64,000 nucleotides of DNA from an uncultured Bordetella sp. (GCA_964556335.1 CAZKWK010000001.1:46681-110680), one strand, 5' to 3'; numbered from the stretch's first letter, positions 9,511 to 20,064 are shown. Numbers and translations: made by a program. Notes: generated by a model not told the origin, from the letters alone.

Positions 9511-10260
9511 ATGAATACGCGACGCCTTCTGCTCTGTGCTGGAGTTTCCGGGGCCTGCGCTACGGCACTGTCTGGCTGCTTTCCTGTCGTTGCCACCGGC
9601 ATGGTGGTGGGAGCCTTCTCCTTGTCTGACCGCCGTACCACCGGTGCCCAGGCCGAAGACCAGGCCATTGAACTCAAGGCCTTCGATCGGTTACGTGACC
9701 GATTCAAGGGCGAGAAGTCTATCTCTGCCAGTGTGACGAGCTTTAATCGGATTGCCCTGCTCACCGGCAGCGTACCCAATGCCACGGTGCGCGCGGAGGC
9801 GGCCGGGGTTATTAGTCGCATCGAGAATGTGCGCCTGGTCATCAATGAGCTGCAGATTGGGTTTCCCCAGAGCACCACGGGCTATGGCTCCGATGTCTTC
9901 CTTACCTCACGTGTAAAGCTTGCCTTGCTTGATGATAAGGCGATCAATGCGAATTTTGTGAAGGTGGTTACCGAGTCGTCGGTGGTCTATCTGATGGGCC
10001 TCGTTACCGAACGGGAGGCCACGCGTGCGGCGGAAATCACCTCGCGGGTTCCTGGTGTCCGCCGCGTGGTGAAGGCCTTTGAGCTCATTAGCGAGGGCCA
10101 GGCCCAGGCCCTGGAATCGGCTGCCAAGGCCGGTCAGGCGCTGCCCGAGACCAAGGGCCAGAATCCGCAGCCCAGTATCCCGGTGCCCGCAACGCCCGCG
10201 CCTGCTCCGGCGCCGGCACCACGGTCGTCTTCCGGGGTGGAGGTCATTCCGGTTCGTTAG
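9511..10260 (+). CDS. BON domain lipoprotein (DolP/YraP-like)
   Basis: Starts at MNTRRLLLCAG. Lipobox LSGC, two BON domains and a Pro/Ala-rich tail. Its position after yraN matches the yraN-dolP context. Confidence 0.85.
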   Translation: MNTRRLLLCAGVSGACATALSGCFPVVATGMVVGAFSLSDRRTTGAQAEDQAIELKAFDRLRDRFKGEKSISASVTSFNRIALLTGSVPNATVRAEAAGVISRIENVRLVINELQIGFPQSTTGYGSDVFLTSRVKLALLDDKAINANFVKVVTESSVVYLMGLVTEREATRAAEITSRVPGVRRVVKAFELISEGQAQALESAAKAGQALPETKGQNPQPSIPVPATPAPAPAPAPRSSSGVEVIPVR

Positions 10261-10344
10261 CGGCGGGGTTACTTCTGTTCGCGCGGCGTCTTTTGCCGCG
10301 TTCTCGACTGCGGCGGGCGCATGCGCCTCTGCTGCAAGGACCCG

Positions 10345-12687
10345 CTAGTCCTTGAGCAGACGCAGTGCGTTGGTGACGACCGCCAGAGAACTCAGTGCCA
10401 TGGCTGCCCCGGCCAGCGCCGGCGGCAATAGGCCCATGGCAGCCATAGGCAGCGCGAGCAGATTAAAGCCGAAGGCAAAGACCAGGTTTTCAATAATGCG
10501 GCGCTTCACGCGTTTGGCAAAGGCCAGCATCGCTGGCACCGCGAGAAGTTTTTGGCTGTTGGTGAGTGTCACATCGGCGGTCTTCAGTGTCAGGCTTGCC
10601 CCCGCCGACAGCGCAATGGCGAGATCCGCCTGCGCCATGGCAGCAATGTCGTTCATGCCATCGCCCACCATACCCACGGTCTGGCCTTCCTGCTGCCACT
10701 GACGAAGCCGGATCGCTTTGTCCTCCGGATGCTGACCAGCGAGCGCCTGTTCATGGTCTAAGCCCAGGGCAAGGGCAACGGGGGTCACCGCTTCAACACG
10801 GTCACCGCTTAAGAGACTGACCTGTAGACCCTGAGCCCGCAGGGCCTTGATCGCCTCTGCCGCGTCTGCTTTAAGGGTGTCGGCTGCCCAGAGACGACCC
10901 GCCCACTGGCCGTTCACGGCCACATCGATCTCACTGGCCCCTGGCCATTCGCAGTCTTGGGGTGCGGGTGCGATCCTGTCCTTACGTTCTCCCACGAACC
11001 CGGCTACCCAGGTAGATCGGCCAACCAGCACGCGCCCTTGGGCGGTCATGGCCTGTACGCCAAGCCCCAGGGAGACCTCGGGCGGGTCTACCAAAGCGGG
11101 CGTCGGACGCCCTGCCGCCTGTGACCAGAATGCCCCCGCAATCGGGTGGGGGTTGCCTTCCTGCGCAGCGGTGGCCAAGGCCAGCCAGTCAGGAAAGTCT
11201 TCAGCCCGTACCGCCCGTGGCGCTGTCGATGTCGATGCGAGACCTACCAGGCGAGGGCGGCCCTCGGTAAGGGTGCCTGTCTTATCAAAGACCAGGTGCG
11301 TGAGTTCGGCTGCCTTCTGCAGGCTTGTAGCGGAGCGAAAGAGCCAGCCATGTTGCGCAGCGCGGGCAAGGCCGGTGGCAACTGCCATAGGGGTCGCGAG
11401 TCCTAGGGCGCAGGGACAGGCAATCACCAAGAGCGCAATGGTCCGTTCTAGCGCGATCGCAAAGCCGGGTCCCCAGAGGCTCTGGCCCAGGAGATTGAGG
11501 GCGGCGGTCATGGCCACGAGGGGAACAAACACCGCGGCAACCCGGTCCGCCCAGGCTGCGATCGGGGCACGGCTGGCCAGCGCCGACTGCATCTGTTCGC
11601 GCAGCCGTGCATGTCGCCAGTCCTCTGGGTTGCCTTCTACCTGCAGAATCACGGGCGCGAGCACATTAATGGCACCCCCCACCAGACGGTCCCCCACGCC
11701 GCGGGCGGCAGGCAGAGACTCCCCGGTGAGTCCCGCCTCATCAAACTCGGAGTTGCCCTCGAGAATGCGTCCGTCGCAGGCGAGGCGGCTGCCCGGACCG
11801 ACCCATACTCGATCACCCGCCCGAAGCTGCGACGCGGGGACGGCAGAGAGTCTGTCGGGCTGGATGGTCGCAAGCGTACCTTCCGTGTCTTGCAGTCGCA
11901 TCGCGTTGACCACGGGTTCCTGAAGAAAGGGGGCTAAGGCGGCAAGCGTGCGGGCCTGGGCTCTGGCCTGTAACTTCTGGCCGAGATGCAGCATGGCAAT
12001 TACCACCACGGAGGCTTCGAAATAGACCGGCCCAGGATCGCCGCGCAGCCAGACGGCCATGGACCAGAGATAGGCGGTGCCGGTACCCAACAGGATCAGG
12101 GTCTCCATACTGGCGCGACCATCAGCGACCGACCGCAGCCCTGCGTAGGCGATCGGTGCGCCGATCCAGAGCTGCATAACGGTTGCCAGCAGTGCCTGGA
12201 TTGCCAAGGGGACAAACCCATGTACGCCGTGCGTGCCCTGCAGCGCGTCTGTGCCCTCCGACAGCTGAGGGCTCCCGATGATCATCGCACCCATCTCTAA
12301 GACCATGACGACTAAGGCGATGACCGCCACCACGGTCGGCAGCGCTGCAGCGCCAGCCGCAAGGCGCGATGGGTTCGTCGCCTCGGGGGCGACGGTTCCT
12401 GCCGCTTTGCCTTCGTCTCCGCGCGTGGTGTCGCCGCGCAGGGTGTCGCGGGCATGGGAGCCGACGCGGGGTGGTTGTGGTGGCGTGAATGGGCTTGCGG
12501 CATAGCCCGCCCGTCGAATCGCGGCCACTGACGCATCGAGGTCGGCCCCATAGACGCGCGCCCGGTGCTCCAGCAGACTCACCTCGGCCCGTGCGCCAGG
12601 GATTTTTTCGACGGCTTTCACCACCCGGGCGACGCAGCCCGCGCAGGTCATCCCTTCAATCTGCAGGTCTATAAAGGCCTCTGGCAT
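10345..12687 (-). CDS. Copper-translocating P1B-type ATPase
   Basis: N-terminal HMA domain GMTCAGCVARV, membrane CPC motif (ACPCALGLATP), phosphorylation site DKTGTLT and hinge GDGMNDIAAM. The start is ATG 12687 (MPEAF), with an alternative TTG at 12702. Confidence 0.92.
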   Translation of the reverse strand: MPEAFIDLQIEGMTCAGCVARVVKAVEKIPGARAEVSLLEHRARVYGADLDASVAAIRRAGYAASPFTPPQPPRVGSHARDTLRGDTTRGDEGKAAGTVAPEATNPSRLAAGAAALPTVVAVIALVVMVLEMGAMIIGSPQLSEGTDALQGTHGVHGFVPLAIQALLATVMQLWIGAPIAYAGLRSVADGRASMETLILLGTGTAYLWSMAVWLRGDPGPVYFEASVVVIAMLHLGQKLQARAQARTLAALAPFLQEPVVNAMRLQDTEGTLATIQPDRLSAVPASQLRAGDRVWVGPGSRLACDGRILEGNSEFDEAGLTGESLPAARGVGDRLVGGAINVLAPVILQVEGNPEDWRHARLREQMQSALASRAPIAAWADRVAAVFVPLVAMTAALNLLGQSLWGPGFAIALERTIALLVIACPCALGLATPMAVATGLARAAQHGWLFRSATSLQKAAELTHLVFDKTGTLTEGRPRLVGLASTSTAPRAVRAEDFPDWLALATAAQEGNPHPIAGAFWSQAAGRPTPALVDPPEVSLGLGVQAMTAQGRVLVGRSTWVAGFVGERKDRIAPAPQDCEWPGASEIDVAVNGQWAGRLWAADTLKADAAEAIKALRAQGLQVSLLSGDRVEAVTPVALALGLDHEQALAGQHPEDKAIRLRQWQQEGQTVGMVGDGMNDIAAMAQADLAIALSAGASLTLKTADVTLTNSQKLLAVPAMLAFAKRVKRRIIENLVFAFGFNLLALPMAAMGLLPPALAGAAMALSSLAVVTNALRLLKD

Positions 12688-12794
12688 TACTTTAAGATCC
12701 AATCTCTCAAACAGGTGTCTGATGCTGGTTCGCGCGCCGGTGTGGTGCCTGGTACCGAGCAGCGGATCTGGTAACTATTGTGACGGAGGGTGGG

Positions 12795-13343
12795 ATGACG
12801 GTTTTCTCTCGGACGTGTTTTCTGCGGGTCTCCCCGCCGGCAGGAGGGCTATCGGGGCGGGCGGGCGCCCTTCTTCTGGGGGCCCTGCTGCTCACCGCCG
12901 TTGCTGCCTGGTGGTCTCTGCGCACAACGCCGGCCCCTGTGGTGGAGGGCACAGACCTCACGGGTTCCGCGGTGGCAACTGCGGGCCTCAAGGGCAAGCC
13001 CTACCTCATCAATTTCTGGGCTACCAGTTGTGTCACCTGCGTGAAAGAGATGCCCGACATCGTCGCCCTCCACGAGGAGTTCTCGGGCCAGGGCTTTCGC
13101 ACGATTGCGGTGGCGATGAGTTACGACCGTACCGATTACCTGCAGAAGTTTGTCGAAGATCGGGCCCTGCCCTTTACCGTGGTGCATGACCTGACAGGCG
13201 CCTGGGCCCAGGCCTTTGGCGATGTCTCTGTCACGCCCACCACCTTTGTGGTGGATGCCAAGGGCCAGATCGTGAAACGGTATGTGGGAGAACCCGACTT
13301 CGGCGCGCTGCGCCGATGGCTCAAGTCGGAACTTGCCACCTAA
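12795..13343 (+). CDS. TlpA/ResA-family periplasmic thiol-disulfide oxidoreductase
   Basis: N-terminal anchor or signal sequence, thioredoxin-like FWATSCVTCVKEMP (CxxC). The start is ATG 12795 or GTG 12780. Confidence 0.85.
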   Translation: MTVFSRTCFLRVSPPAGGLSGRAGALLLGALLLTAVAAWWSLRTTPAPVVEGTDLTGSAVATAGLKGKPYLINFWATSCVTCVKEMPDIVALHEEFSGQGFRTIAVAMSYDRTDYLQKFVEDRALPFTVVHDLTGAWAQAFGDVSVTPTTFVVDAKGQIVKRYVGEPDFGALRRWLKSELAT

Positions 13344-13370
13344 TTGGTGTAGCGCCGCCGCCGCTCTTCT

Positions 13371-14216
13371 TTAACTGTAGTGATAGAACCCGCGGCCGGT
13401 CTTGCGTCCGAGAAAGCCCGCAGCGACCATTTCCTTGAGCAGCGGAGCGGGACGATACTTCGGGTCTTCGAAGTGTTCTGACAACACATTCATGACGGCG
13501 AGCAGCACATCGAGCCCGATGAGGTCGGCAAGGGCCAAGGGCCCGATGGGGTGGTTGCAGCCGAGTTTCATTCCCTCATCGATTTCTTCGGGGCTAGCCA
13601 GTCCCTCTGCATAGACAAAGACCGCCTCGTTGATCATGGGGCAGAGCAGACGGTTGACCACAAAGCCCGCGCTATTTTTGACGCGTATGGGAGTCTTACC
13701 GAGCTCCTTGGCCAGGGACAGTACCCGCTCGGTGGTCTCTGGTGCGGTCTTCAGGCCCTCAATGACTTCGACTAAGGGCATCACGGGCACGGGGTTAAAG
13801 AAATGCATCCCCACGAACCGACCAGGATGCTGAATCTGCGCGGCGAGTCGGGTGATCGACAGTGATGAGGTGTTGGTGGCGATGATGGTCTGATTACCTA
13901 CGACCGACTCGAGTGCCTGCAGAATTTTGACCTTAATCGACTCATTCTCGGTGGCCGCTTCGATGACCATATCCACGCCACGAAGTGCGGAGACCTCGGT
14001 GGAGGTGTTTATCCGGGCCATGGCCTGCGCCTTTTGTTCCGCCGTGAGGGCCGCTTTTTTAATCAGCCGGTCTAGGGAAGCGGAGACCGTGGCAATCGCC
14101 TTCTCCAGCGCGGGGGCAGACAGGTCTTGCACCACCACATCGAATCCTTTGACCGCGAAGGCCTGTGCGATCCCGTTGCCCATGGTTCCTGCGCCCACTA
14201 TTCCGATTGATGCCAT
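13371..14216 (-). CDS. 3-hydroxybutyryl-CoA / 3-hydroxyacyl-CoA dehydrogenase
   Basis: 281 aa. Rossmann motif [15 protein letters not shown] and the typical Hbd/PaaH length and C-terminal domain. Confidence 0.9.
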   Translation of the reverse strand: MASIGIVGAGTMGNGIAQAFAVKGFDVVVQDLSAPALEKAIATVSASLDRLIKKAALTAEQKAQAMARINTSTEVSALRGVDMVIEAATENESIKVKILQALESVVGNQTIIATNTSSLSITRLAAQIQHPGRFVGMHFFNPVPVMPLVEVIEGLKTAPETTERVLSLAKELGKTPIRVKNSAGFVVNRLLCPMINEAVFVYAEGLASPEEIDEGMKLGCNHPIGPLALADLIGLDVLLAVMNVLSEHFEDPKYRPAPLLKEMVAAGFLGRKTGRGFYHYS

Positions 14217-14252
14217 GTCTGCTCCTTTGCCACGTTAAGAGGTTGAGAAAAT

Positions 14253-14936
14253 TTAAGCCACTGCGGTCTGCCTGCGTGACTGAAACCGATAGATCGCAAG
14301 GGTTGCCCGCACCGTAGGCCACCAGCGCACGGGCTCGGTGGTTACCTCCGATTCGCGAAGATAGGCCTTCTGCAGCACTGTCATATTGAGCGAGGACAAG
14401 AGCTGCTCGAAATCTTTGGTGGTGGCAAAGTGCAGGTTTGGCGTGTCGTACCACTGAAACGGGAGCCGCTGGTTGACGGGCATGTGTCCGCGCGCTAAGG
14501 ACACAAGGTGTGACCAATGCCCAAAATTGGGAATGCTCACGATGGCCTGCTGCGCGAGCTGGGCGATCTCCGTCAGGATATGTTCGGTGCGGTGGGTGGC
14601 CTGCAGCGCCTGCGACAGAATAACGAGGTCGAATCGGTTGCCGGAGAACATTTCAAGCCCTTCGTCAATATTCGCCTGCACCACGTTCACCCTCTTCTCC
14701 AAGCACTTCAAGAGGTTGTCATGGGCGATCTCTGCCCCATAGCCCTGACAGCCCTTGTGCCGCGATAGCCATGCAAGCAGGCTGCCATCCCCGCATCCCA
14801 GATCGAGCACACGGGCCCCCTGGGGCACCCAGTCGGCGATACAGGCGAGATCGGGTCGAAGCCCGCCATGGAGGTTTTGGGGGCCTGGTAGGTGGGAGAG
14901 ACCGTGCCGGTCTGTCAGTGTCTGATGGGGTGTCAT
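14253..14936 (-). CDS. metW: Methionine biosynthesis protein MetW
   Basis: 227 aa. SAM-methyltransferase-like [10 protein letters not shown]. It overlaps the metX stop by 4 nt, which is the canonical metXW pair. Confidence 0.9.
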   Translation of the reverse strand: MTPHQTLTDRHGLSHLPGPQNLHGGLRPDLACIADWVPQGARVLDLGCGDGSLLAWLSRHKGCQGYGAEIAHDNLLKCLEKRVNVVQANIDEGLEMFSGNRFDLVILSQALQATHRTEHILTEIAQLAQQAIVSIPNFGHWSHLVSLARGHMPVNQRLPFQWYDTPNLHFATTKDFEQLLSSLNMTVLQKAYLRESEVTTEPVRWWPTVRATLAIYRFQSRRQTAVA

Positions 14937-16093
14937 CGGGGCACGGCCTGTGCAAAAAGGTCATCGGAAATCTGTGCAAAGTAGGTGCGAATCAGATCGT
15001 GGTATCGGCTGTCTGCCATCAGAAAGGCGTCGTGTCCGTGCGGCGCATCGATCTCGGCATAGGTTACCTGGGCATTGTTTCGCATGAGTGCAGAGACGAT
15101 CTCGCGGGATCGCTCCGGCGGAAACCGCCAGTCGGTGGTGAAAGAAACCAGGCAGAAGGCGGCCTGCGCGGGGGCCAGTGCCGCGGCGAGGTTACCGCCG
15201 TGTACCCGGGCCGGATCAAAGTAGTCCAGTGCCCGAGTGATTCGGAGATAGGTGTTGGCATCAAAGTAGCCGGAGAATTTCTCGCCCTGATATCGCAGGT
15301 AGGACTCAATCTCAAACTCGACATCGAAGCCGAACCGATAGTTGTCGGCCCCGCGCAGACTACGGCCGAATTTTTGGGCCATATCGTCGTCTGAGAGATA
15401 GGTAATGTGGCCAATCATGCGGGCCACCGACAGGCCGTGGCGTGGTACCACCCCATGGGCGTAGTAATGGCCCCCATGAAAGTCGGGGTCGTTGAGAATG
15501 GCCCGACGGGCCACCTCGTTAAATGCAATGTTCTGCGCCGAGAGACGCGGGGTCGAGGCGATGACGACCGCATGGGCCACGCGGGCAGGGTAGGCAATCG
15601 CCCACTGCATGGCCTGCATACCGCCAAGGCTCCCCCCCATGACCGCCGCAAATCGCTCGATGCCCAGCCGGTCGGCCAGAAGCGCCTGGGCATTGACCCA
15701 GTCTTCAACGGTGACCACCGGAAAGTCGCTGCCGTAGGGCCTACCCGTGGCCGGGTTGATGCTCGCCGGCCCGGTAGACCCAAAGCACGACCCCAGGTTG
15801 TTCACGCCGATCACGAAGAAGCGGTTGGTGTCGACAGGCTTGCCGGGGCCGATCATGTTGTCCCACCAGCCGATGTCCTCGGGGTTGTCTGGCCGTGTCC
15901 CCGCCACATGGTGTGACGCGTTGAGGGCATGGCAAATCAAGACCGCGTTATCGGCCCGCGGGTTCAGCGTGCCATAGGTCTCGTAGGCAAGCGAAAACGG
16001 CCCGATCTCTTGACCGCTGAGAAGCCGCAGGGGGCCTGCAAAATCCGCGCGCAGGGCGGTGATCGGGCCCACCGAGGAGGTGGAAGAATTCAT
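14933..16093 (-). CDS. metX: Homoserine O-acyltransferase MetX
   Basis: Alpha/beta hydrolase with the GGSLGGMQ nucleophile elbow. Starts at MNSSTS (ATG 16093). Whether it uses acetyl or succinyl cannot be read from the sequence. Confidence 0.9.
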   Translation of the reverse strand: MNSSTSSVGPITALRADFAGPLRLLSGQEIGPFSLAYETYGTLNPRADNAVLICHALNASHHVAGTRPDNPEDIGWWDNMIGPGKPVDTNRFFVIGVNNLGSCFGSTGPASINPATGRPYGSDFPVVTVEDWVNAQALLADRLGIERFAAVMGGSLGGMQAMQWAIAYPARVAHAVVIASTPRLSAQNIAFNEVARRAILNDPDFHGGHYYAHGVVPRHGLSVARMIGHITYLSDDDMAQKFGRSLRGADNYRFGFDVEFEIESYLRYQGEKFSGYFDANTYLRITRALDYFDPARVHGGNLAAALAPAQAAFCLVSFTTDWRFPPERSREIVSALMRNNAQVTYAEIDAPHGHDAFLMADSRYHDLIRTYFAQISDDLFAQAVPR

Positions 16094-16191
16094 GACAGAC
16101 GGCCTAGCAACGACACACTTTTTTTCATTTTCTCGATTCTTGGTTCGCAACACTGTCGAGGTCTACTTTCAGCCAAGAGGAGAAGCCTGTC

Positions 16192-16614
16192 ATGCGTCGC
16201 TCGCCATTGTTGGACGTCTTAACTGCCCACCATGCTCAGCAAGAAAAAACGCCTGCCCCCCAGATTCATGTGCCCTCAGCCGCAGTTGGCACCAGCTATT
16301 CTCCTGGAAATCGGCGCAGCCTGCGCCCGGGTGGCACCGCAGTGATTCAGATCCATGTCAAGGAGCCCGAGTCACAGCCGCCTTGGTCGGCCCTCACGCC
16401 ACGACAATTCGAAGTGCTGCAGTGCCTGGCAGAAGGCAAGCCCACTAAGCTCATCTGTCGCAGTCTCAATATGTCGGAGGGGACGGCCAAGGTGCATATC
16501 AGCGCGATTCTGCGGGCCTTTCAGGTGCGTAACCGGGCCGAGGCGGTAGTCGCTGCATTGCGGATGGGCTGGATTCAGACGGTGGTGGGGGTTGCCGCAG
16601 AGCCGCAGTCCTAG
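16192..16614 (+). CDS. Small LuxR-family helix-turn-helix transcriptional regulator with no receiver or ligand domain
   Basis: The C-terminal 60 aa (LTPRQFEVLQCLAEGKPTKLICRSLNMSEGTAKVHISAILRAFQVRNRAEAV) form a LuxR/GerE HTH. The N-terminal ~75 aa are not recognisable, and the start is uncertain. Confidence 0.7.
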   Translation: MRRSPLLDVLTAHHAQQEKTPAPQIHVPSAAVGTSYSPGNRRSLRPGGTAVIQIHVKEPESQPPWSALTPRQFEVLQCLAEGKPTKLICRSLNMSEGTAKVHISAILRAFQVRNRAEAVVAALRMGWIQTVVGVAAEPQS

Positions 16615-16632
16615 AACCCACGATGTTCGAGG

Positions 16633-18384
16633 CTAAATCTGATTGAACTGGGCCAGCGCCGACCGTAAGGCGGCCGTGTCGCCCAGCCGCGTGAGGCGTC
16701 GGGCGGGCCGGGCAAGCGCCCCCGCATTGCAGCCCAGCACCTCTTGTTTGACGCGGAGAATTTCCGCCGAGTGCATGGAGAATTCCCGCAGCCCCAGGCC
16801 AATCAGAATGCGGGTAAAGCGGGGGTCCCCTGCCATTTCTCCGCAGAGCGAAACCGGCATGCTTGCCCGACCGCAGGCCTGAATGGTGTTCTGAATGAGG
16901 CGAATGACCGCAGGGTGCAGGGGGTCGTAGAGATGGGCCACCTCGCTGTCGGTGCGGTCAATGGCCAGGGTGTACTGAATGAGGTCGTTGGTCCCCAAGG
17001 AGGCAAAGTCGATATGGGCCAGGAGCCCATCAATCGCAATGGCTGCCGAGGGCACCTCAATCATGGCGCCCACAGGAATGCGGGAATTAAACGCCTGCCC
17101 CTGAGACCGCAGGTCTCTCATGGCCTGACCAATGAGCTCTCGTGCCGCGATGATCTCGGGGGGGCCGCTAATGAGCGGCACCAGAATTTTCACCGGCCCA
17201 AAGGCCGAGGCCCGCAAGATTGCCCGTAGCTGCACCAGAAATATCTCAGGCTCGGCCAAGCAGAGTCGAATGGCTCGTAGCGCCAAGGCGGGGTTGGCGG
17301 GTCGTTCTCGACTGGCCTGCAGGGCGGGAACGTCTTTGTCTGCGCCTGAGTCGAGTGTACGAATGGTGACGGGACGGCCCGCCATAGCCTCTACCACGCT
17401 GCGATAGGCGGCAAACTGCTCCTCTTCGGTGGGCATAGAGGTGCGGTTCATAAACAGAAACTCACTGCGCAGCAGGCCGACCCCGTCGCACCCCCGCGAG
17501 AGGGCCACCGCCGCATCTTCTGGAAGATCGATATTGGCCAGCAGCGACACCGACTGGCCATCTAAGGTCTTGCTTTCTACATGCCGAATCTGCTCGAGTT
17601 GCTGGCGAACAAATGCCTGATGAGCCTGCCGACTGCGATAGGCGGCAAGCGCGGGCTCGTCGAGTGCGCCAAGGACCTCCCCACGCTCGGCATCGAGCAC
17701 CAGGAGTGCCCCCTGATCGACACGGTGATGCAGCCCTGGTAATCCGACGACGGCTGGCAGGCCCAGGCTTCTGGCAAGAATGGCGGTGTGCGAGGTGGCG
17801 CTGCCACTGTCGGTCGCAAAGCCGGCAAAGGCATGTTGTCGAAGCACGAGCATATCGGCAGCAGAAATGTCCCGTGCCACGAGAATCCAGGGTGGCTGCA
17901 GTGGATCAAGGGCCTGTGACTGAAAAACCCTGGCCAGGCCGTCGGCGCCTTGCATTGCCTTCAAAATGCGCTCAACCACCTGCTGCACATCGGCTTTACG
18001 TTCGCGTAGGTAGGCATCTTCGATTTCATCAAACTGCTCTGAGACAGTCTCAAGCTGTTGCACGAGCGCCCATTCCGCATTACATCGGTCTTCTGCAATG
18101 CGCCGCTCGGTCTCATCGATCAGCAGGGGGTCATTGAGCACAATGGCCTGTAGATCCACAAAGGCCCGCAATTCGGCCGCGGGCTCTGTACCGAGCGCCT
18201 CACGCAACTCCTCTAGCTCCGCCCCTACCTGGGCCACAGCCGTCCGAAACCGGGCGCATTCGGCGGCGACCTGGTCTTCGCTCAGCACCCGCCGAGGCTG
18301 GTCCAGTTGCGCCGGGGCCAGCACCCAGGCTCGGCCAATGGCAAGGGCATCCCCCACTCCGATACCCGAGAGGGACCAGCTCAC
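16633..18384 (-). CDS. ptsI: Phosphoenolpyruvate-protein phosphotransferase (PTS enzyme I)
   Basis: 584 aa from GTG 18384, which overlaps the ptsH stop as GTGA. Contains the GSATSHTAILARSLG phospho-His region and a PEP-utiliser C-terminal domain. The 703-aa track ORF is a 5' over-extension across ptsH. Confidence 0.9.
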   Translation of the reverse strand: MSWSLSGIGVGDALAIGRAWVLAPAQLDQPRRVLSEDQVAAECARFRTAVAQVGAELEELREALGTEPAAELRAFVDLQAIVLNDPLLIDETERRIAEDRCNAEWALVQQLETVSEQFDEIEDAYLRERKADVQQVVERILKAMQGADGLARVFQSQALDPLQPPWILVARDISAADMLVLRQHAFAGFATDSGSATSHTAILARSLGLPAVVGLPGLHHRVDQGALLVLDAERGEVLGALDEPALAAYRSRQAHQAFVRQQLEQIRHVESKTLDGQSVSLLANIDLPEDAAVALSRGCDGVGLLRSEFLFMNRTSMPTEEEQFAAYRSVVEAMAGRPVTIRTLDSGADKDVPALQASRERPANPALALRAIRLCLAEPEIFLVQLRAILRASAFGPVKILVPLISGPPEIIAARELIGQAMRDLRSQGQAFNSRIPVGAMIEVPSAAIAIDGLLAHIDFASLGTNDLIQYTLAIDRTDSEVAHLYDPLHPAVIRLIQNTIQACGRASMPVSLCGEMAGDPRFTRILIGLGLREFSMHSAEILRVKQEVLGCNAGALARPARRLTRLGDTAALRSALAQFNQI

Positions 18385-18650
18385 TGGTCTTCTCCAAATC
18401 GGCTCGCCACGAGGGCCACGAGCGCGTCGAGCGCCGCCTCGGACTGCTCTCCCTCGGTGAGGATGGTGATCTCGGTTCCTGGCCCGGCGGCCAACATGGT
18501 GACGCCGAGCACGCTCTTGGCATTGACCTTTTTCGTGCCACGCGTCAGCCAGACTTCGCACGGAAACCGCGTGGCCAGCTGCGAGAGCTTCGAGGAGGCT
18601 CTCAGATGTAGTCCGAGGGCATTGATGATGGGAACGGTGGCCTGTGGCAT
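18381..18650 (-). CDS. ptsH: Phosphocarrier protein HPr
   Basis: 89 aa. By my count His15 lies in GLHLRAS and Ser46 in NAKSVLGV, so both phosphorylation sites are present. Confidence 0.9.
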   Translation of the reverse strand: MPQATVPIINALGLHLRASSKLSQLATRFPCEVWLTRGTKKVNAKSVLGVTMLAAGPGTEITILTEGEQSEAALDALVALVASRFGEDQ

Positions 18651-18661
18651 GGTGATCCGAC

Positions 18662-19066
18662 TTACAGGGCGTCGTCCTGGCCCGAGATGGTGCAGCAGCT
18701 AGTGTGCTCCGACGCACAGAGTTTCTGGTGCAGGTGCTGCGCATCGAGCTCTTTGTAGGTGAGTGCCCGCAGCAGGGTGGGAAGACTCGCCGCTGCGAGC
18801 CCCTGGCCGGGATGGTGCTTCAGCCAGCGGGCAATGCCATTGGCGGGCGTCGCGCCGGCGAGGTCGGTGAGCAGCAATACCTCTGTGGGAGACCCCAGCG
18901 CCTGCCATCGTGCAGTGATCTGTTTTTCTACCTGCTCCGGAGACTGGCTTGCAAGAACATCAATGACCTCGACTTCATCCAGCCGTCGGCCAAACCCATG
19001 GCAGGCCACGGCGTGCAGGGCGGAGGCCAGGGGCGCATGACAGACAAGAAAGAGACGGGTGGCCAT
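18662..19066 (-). CDS. PTS EIIA component, mannose/fructose family
   Basis: 134 aa. His10 in LVCHAPLAS and LLLTDLAGATPANG parallel ManX GTHG and VDTWGGSPFN. No EIIB, EIIC or EIID gene is present in the window. Confidence 0.85.
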   Translation of the reverse strand: MATRLFLVCHAPLASALHAVACHGFGRRLDEVEVIDVLASQSPEQVEKQITARWQALGSPTEVLLLTDLAGATPANGIARWLKHHPGQGLAAASLPTLLRALTYKELDAQHLHQKLCASEHTSCCTISGQDDAL

Positions 19067-19069
19067 GGT

Positions 19070-20050
19070 CTAGGCAGGGGCCTGCTGCCCAAATTGGTCT
19101 TCCAGGGCCAAGATAAACTGGGCTGCCACGTCATGGCCCGTCTGTCGTGTGATTTCTTGAAAACCTGTCGGACTGGTCACATTAATTTCGGTCAGGCAGT
19201 CCCCAATCACATCGAGACCCACCAAGAAGAGGCCACGCTTGGCCAATACGGGCCCGAGCGCCTCGGCGATCTCGCGGTCTCGGGCAGATAAAGGCCGCGC
19301 CTCACCGCGACCACCGGCTGCCAGATTTCCGCGTGAGGCGCCTTCCGGAGGAATACGGGCGAGACAGTAGGGCACCGCAAGGCCATTGATGAGCAGAATC
19401 CGCTTATCGCCCTGGGCAATCTCGGGCAGAAAACGCTGGACCATGATGGCCCGCTGCCCGTGCTCGGTGAGGGTCTCCACAATGACGGGCAGGTTGGGGT
19501 CTCTGGCGTGGCTCACGAAGATGCCGGCGCCCCCCATGGCATCGAGGGGCTTATAGACCACCTGGGGATGGTCTTGCGCAAATGCGCGAAGGCTCTGCAT
19601 GTCATGCGAGACCATCCCCGGCGGTGCCCAGTGGGCAAATTCCAAGACGGCCATCTTCTCGCCATGGTCGCGTAGTGCCTGGGGGCGGTTGATAACAGGC
19701 ACCCCATGCGCCATGAGCCGATCGAGCATCTGGGTGGCCACTAGGTAGTGGACATCGAAGGGCGGGTCTTTGCGCATGATGGCCAGATCGAGGTCGCCAG
19801 GCGCGAGCATGCGCGACTCTGTCACCGTGTACCAGGGGGATGCCGCATCGCCCTGCCAGGGCAGTAAGGTCAGACGCTGGGCTGCGATGGCCACCGATGT
19901 CTTCTGCGCATCCCAGCGCGACTGAAAGTCGTCGGGCCCGCAGGCCCAGACCACATGGCCGCGGGCCTGGGCCGCCACCATCATGGCCCGTGTGCTGTCT
20001 TTCTCGGGCTTGAAGGTCTGCGGGGGATCGCAGACAAAGAGAATCCGCAT
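19070..20050 (-). CDS. gshB: Glutathione synthetase
   Basis: 326 aa. MRILFVCDP..KDST N-terminus and an ATP-grasp C-terminal domain typical of GshB. Confidence 0.92.
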   Translation of the reverse strand: MRILFVCDPPQTFKPEKDSTRAMMVAAQARGHVVWACGPDDFQSRWDAQKTSVAIAAQRLTLLPWQGDAASPWYTVTESRMLAPGDLDLAIMRKDPPFDVHYLVATQMLDRLMAHGVPVINRPQALRDHGEKMAVLEFAHWAPPGMVSHDMQSLRAFAQDHPQVVYKPLDAMGGAGIFVSHARDPNLPVIVETLTEHGQRAIMVQRFLPEIAQGDKRILLINGLAVPYCLARIPPEGASRGNLAAGGRGEARPLSARDREIAEALGPVLAKRGLFLVGLDVIGDCLTEINVTSPTGFQEITRQTGHDVAAQFILALEDQFGQQAPA

Positions 20051-20064
20051 GGCCTGGTTACCCG

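Noticed and set aside
10282-10300. The hairpin CGCGGC-gtctttt-GCCGCG between the BON gene and the Cu-ATPase gene, considered as a terminator
   Set aside because: It has only a 6-bp stem and no clear U-tract on either strand, which is too weak to call.
10847-11923. A 358-aa plus-strand ORF inside the Cu-ATPase gene
   Set aside because: It is antisense to a P-type ATPase with all signature motifs. It is Ala/Arg/Ser/Pro-rich with no domain features.
12688-12794. A possible CueR/MerR-type operator in the Cu-ATPase / tlpA divergent region
   Set aside because: No long-spacer (19-20 bp) promoter with an internal dyad is visible, only a trivial GGTACC palindrome.
16094-16191. A possible SAM or SAH riboswitch upstream of metX, and similarly upstream of metH
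   Set aside because: I could not recognise any SAM-II or SAH consensus elements in the 98-nt metX leader. metH has no leader at all because it overlaps the upstream gene. A covariance-model scan would be needed to exclude one for metX.
18385-18744. The 703-aa version of ptsI
   Set aside because: The extra 120 codons overlap ptsH in another frame and are Arg/His-rich nonsense. GTG 18384 gives a canonical 584-aa enzyme I with a GTGA junction to ptsH.
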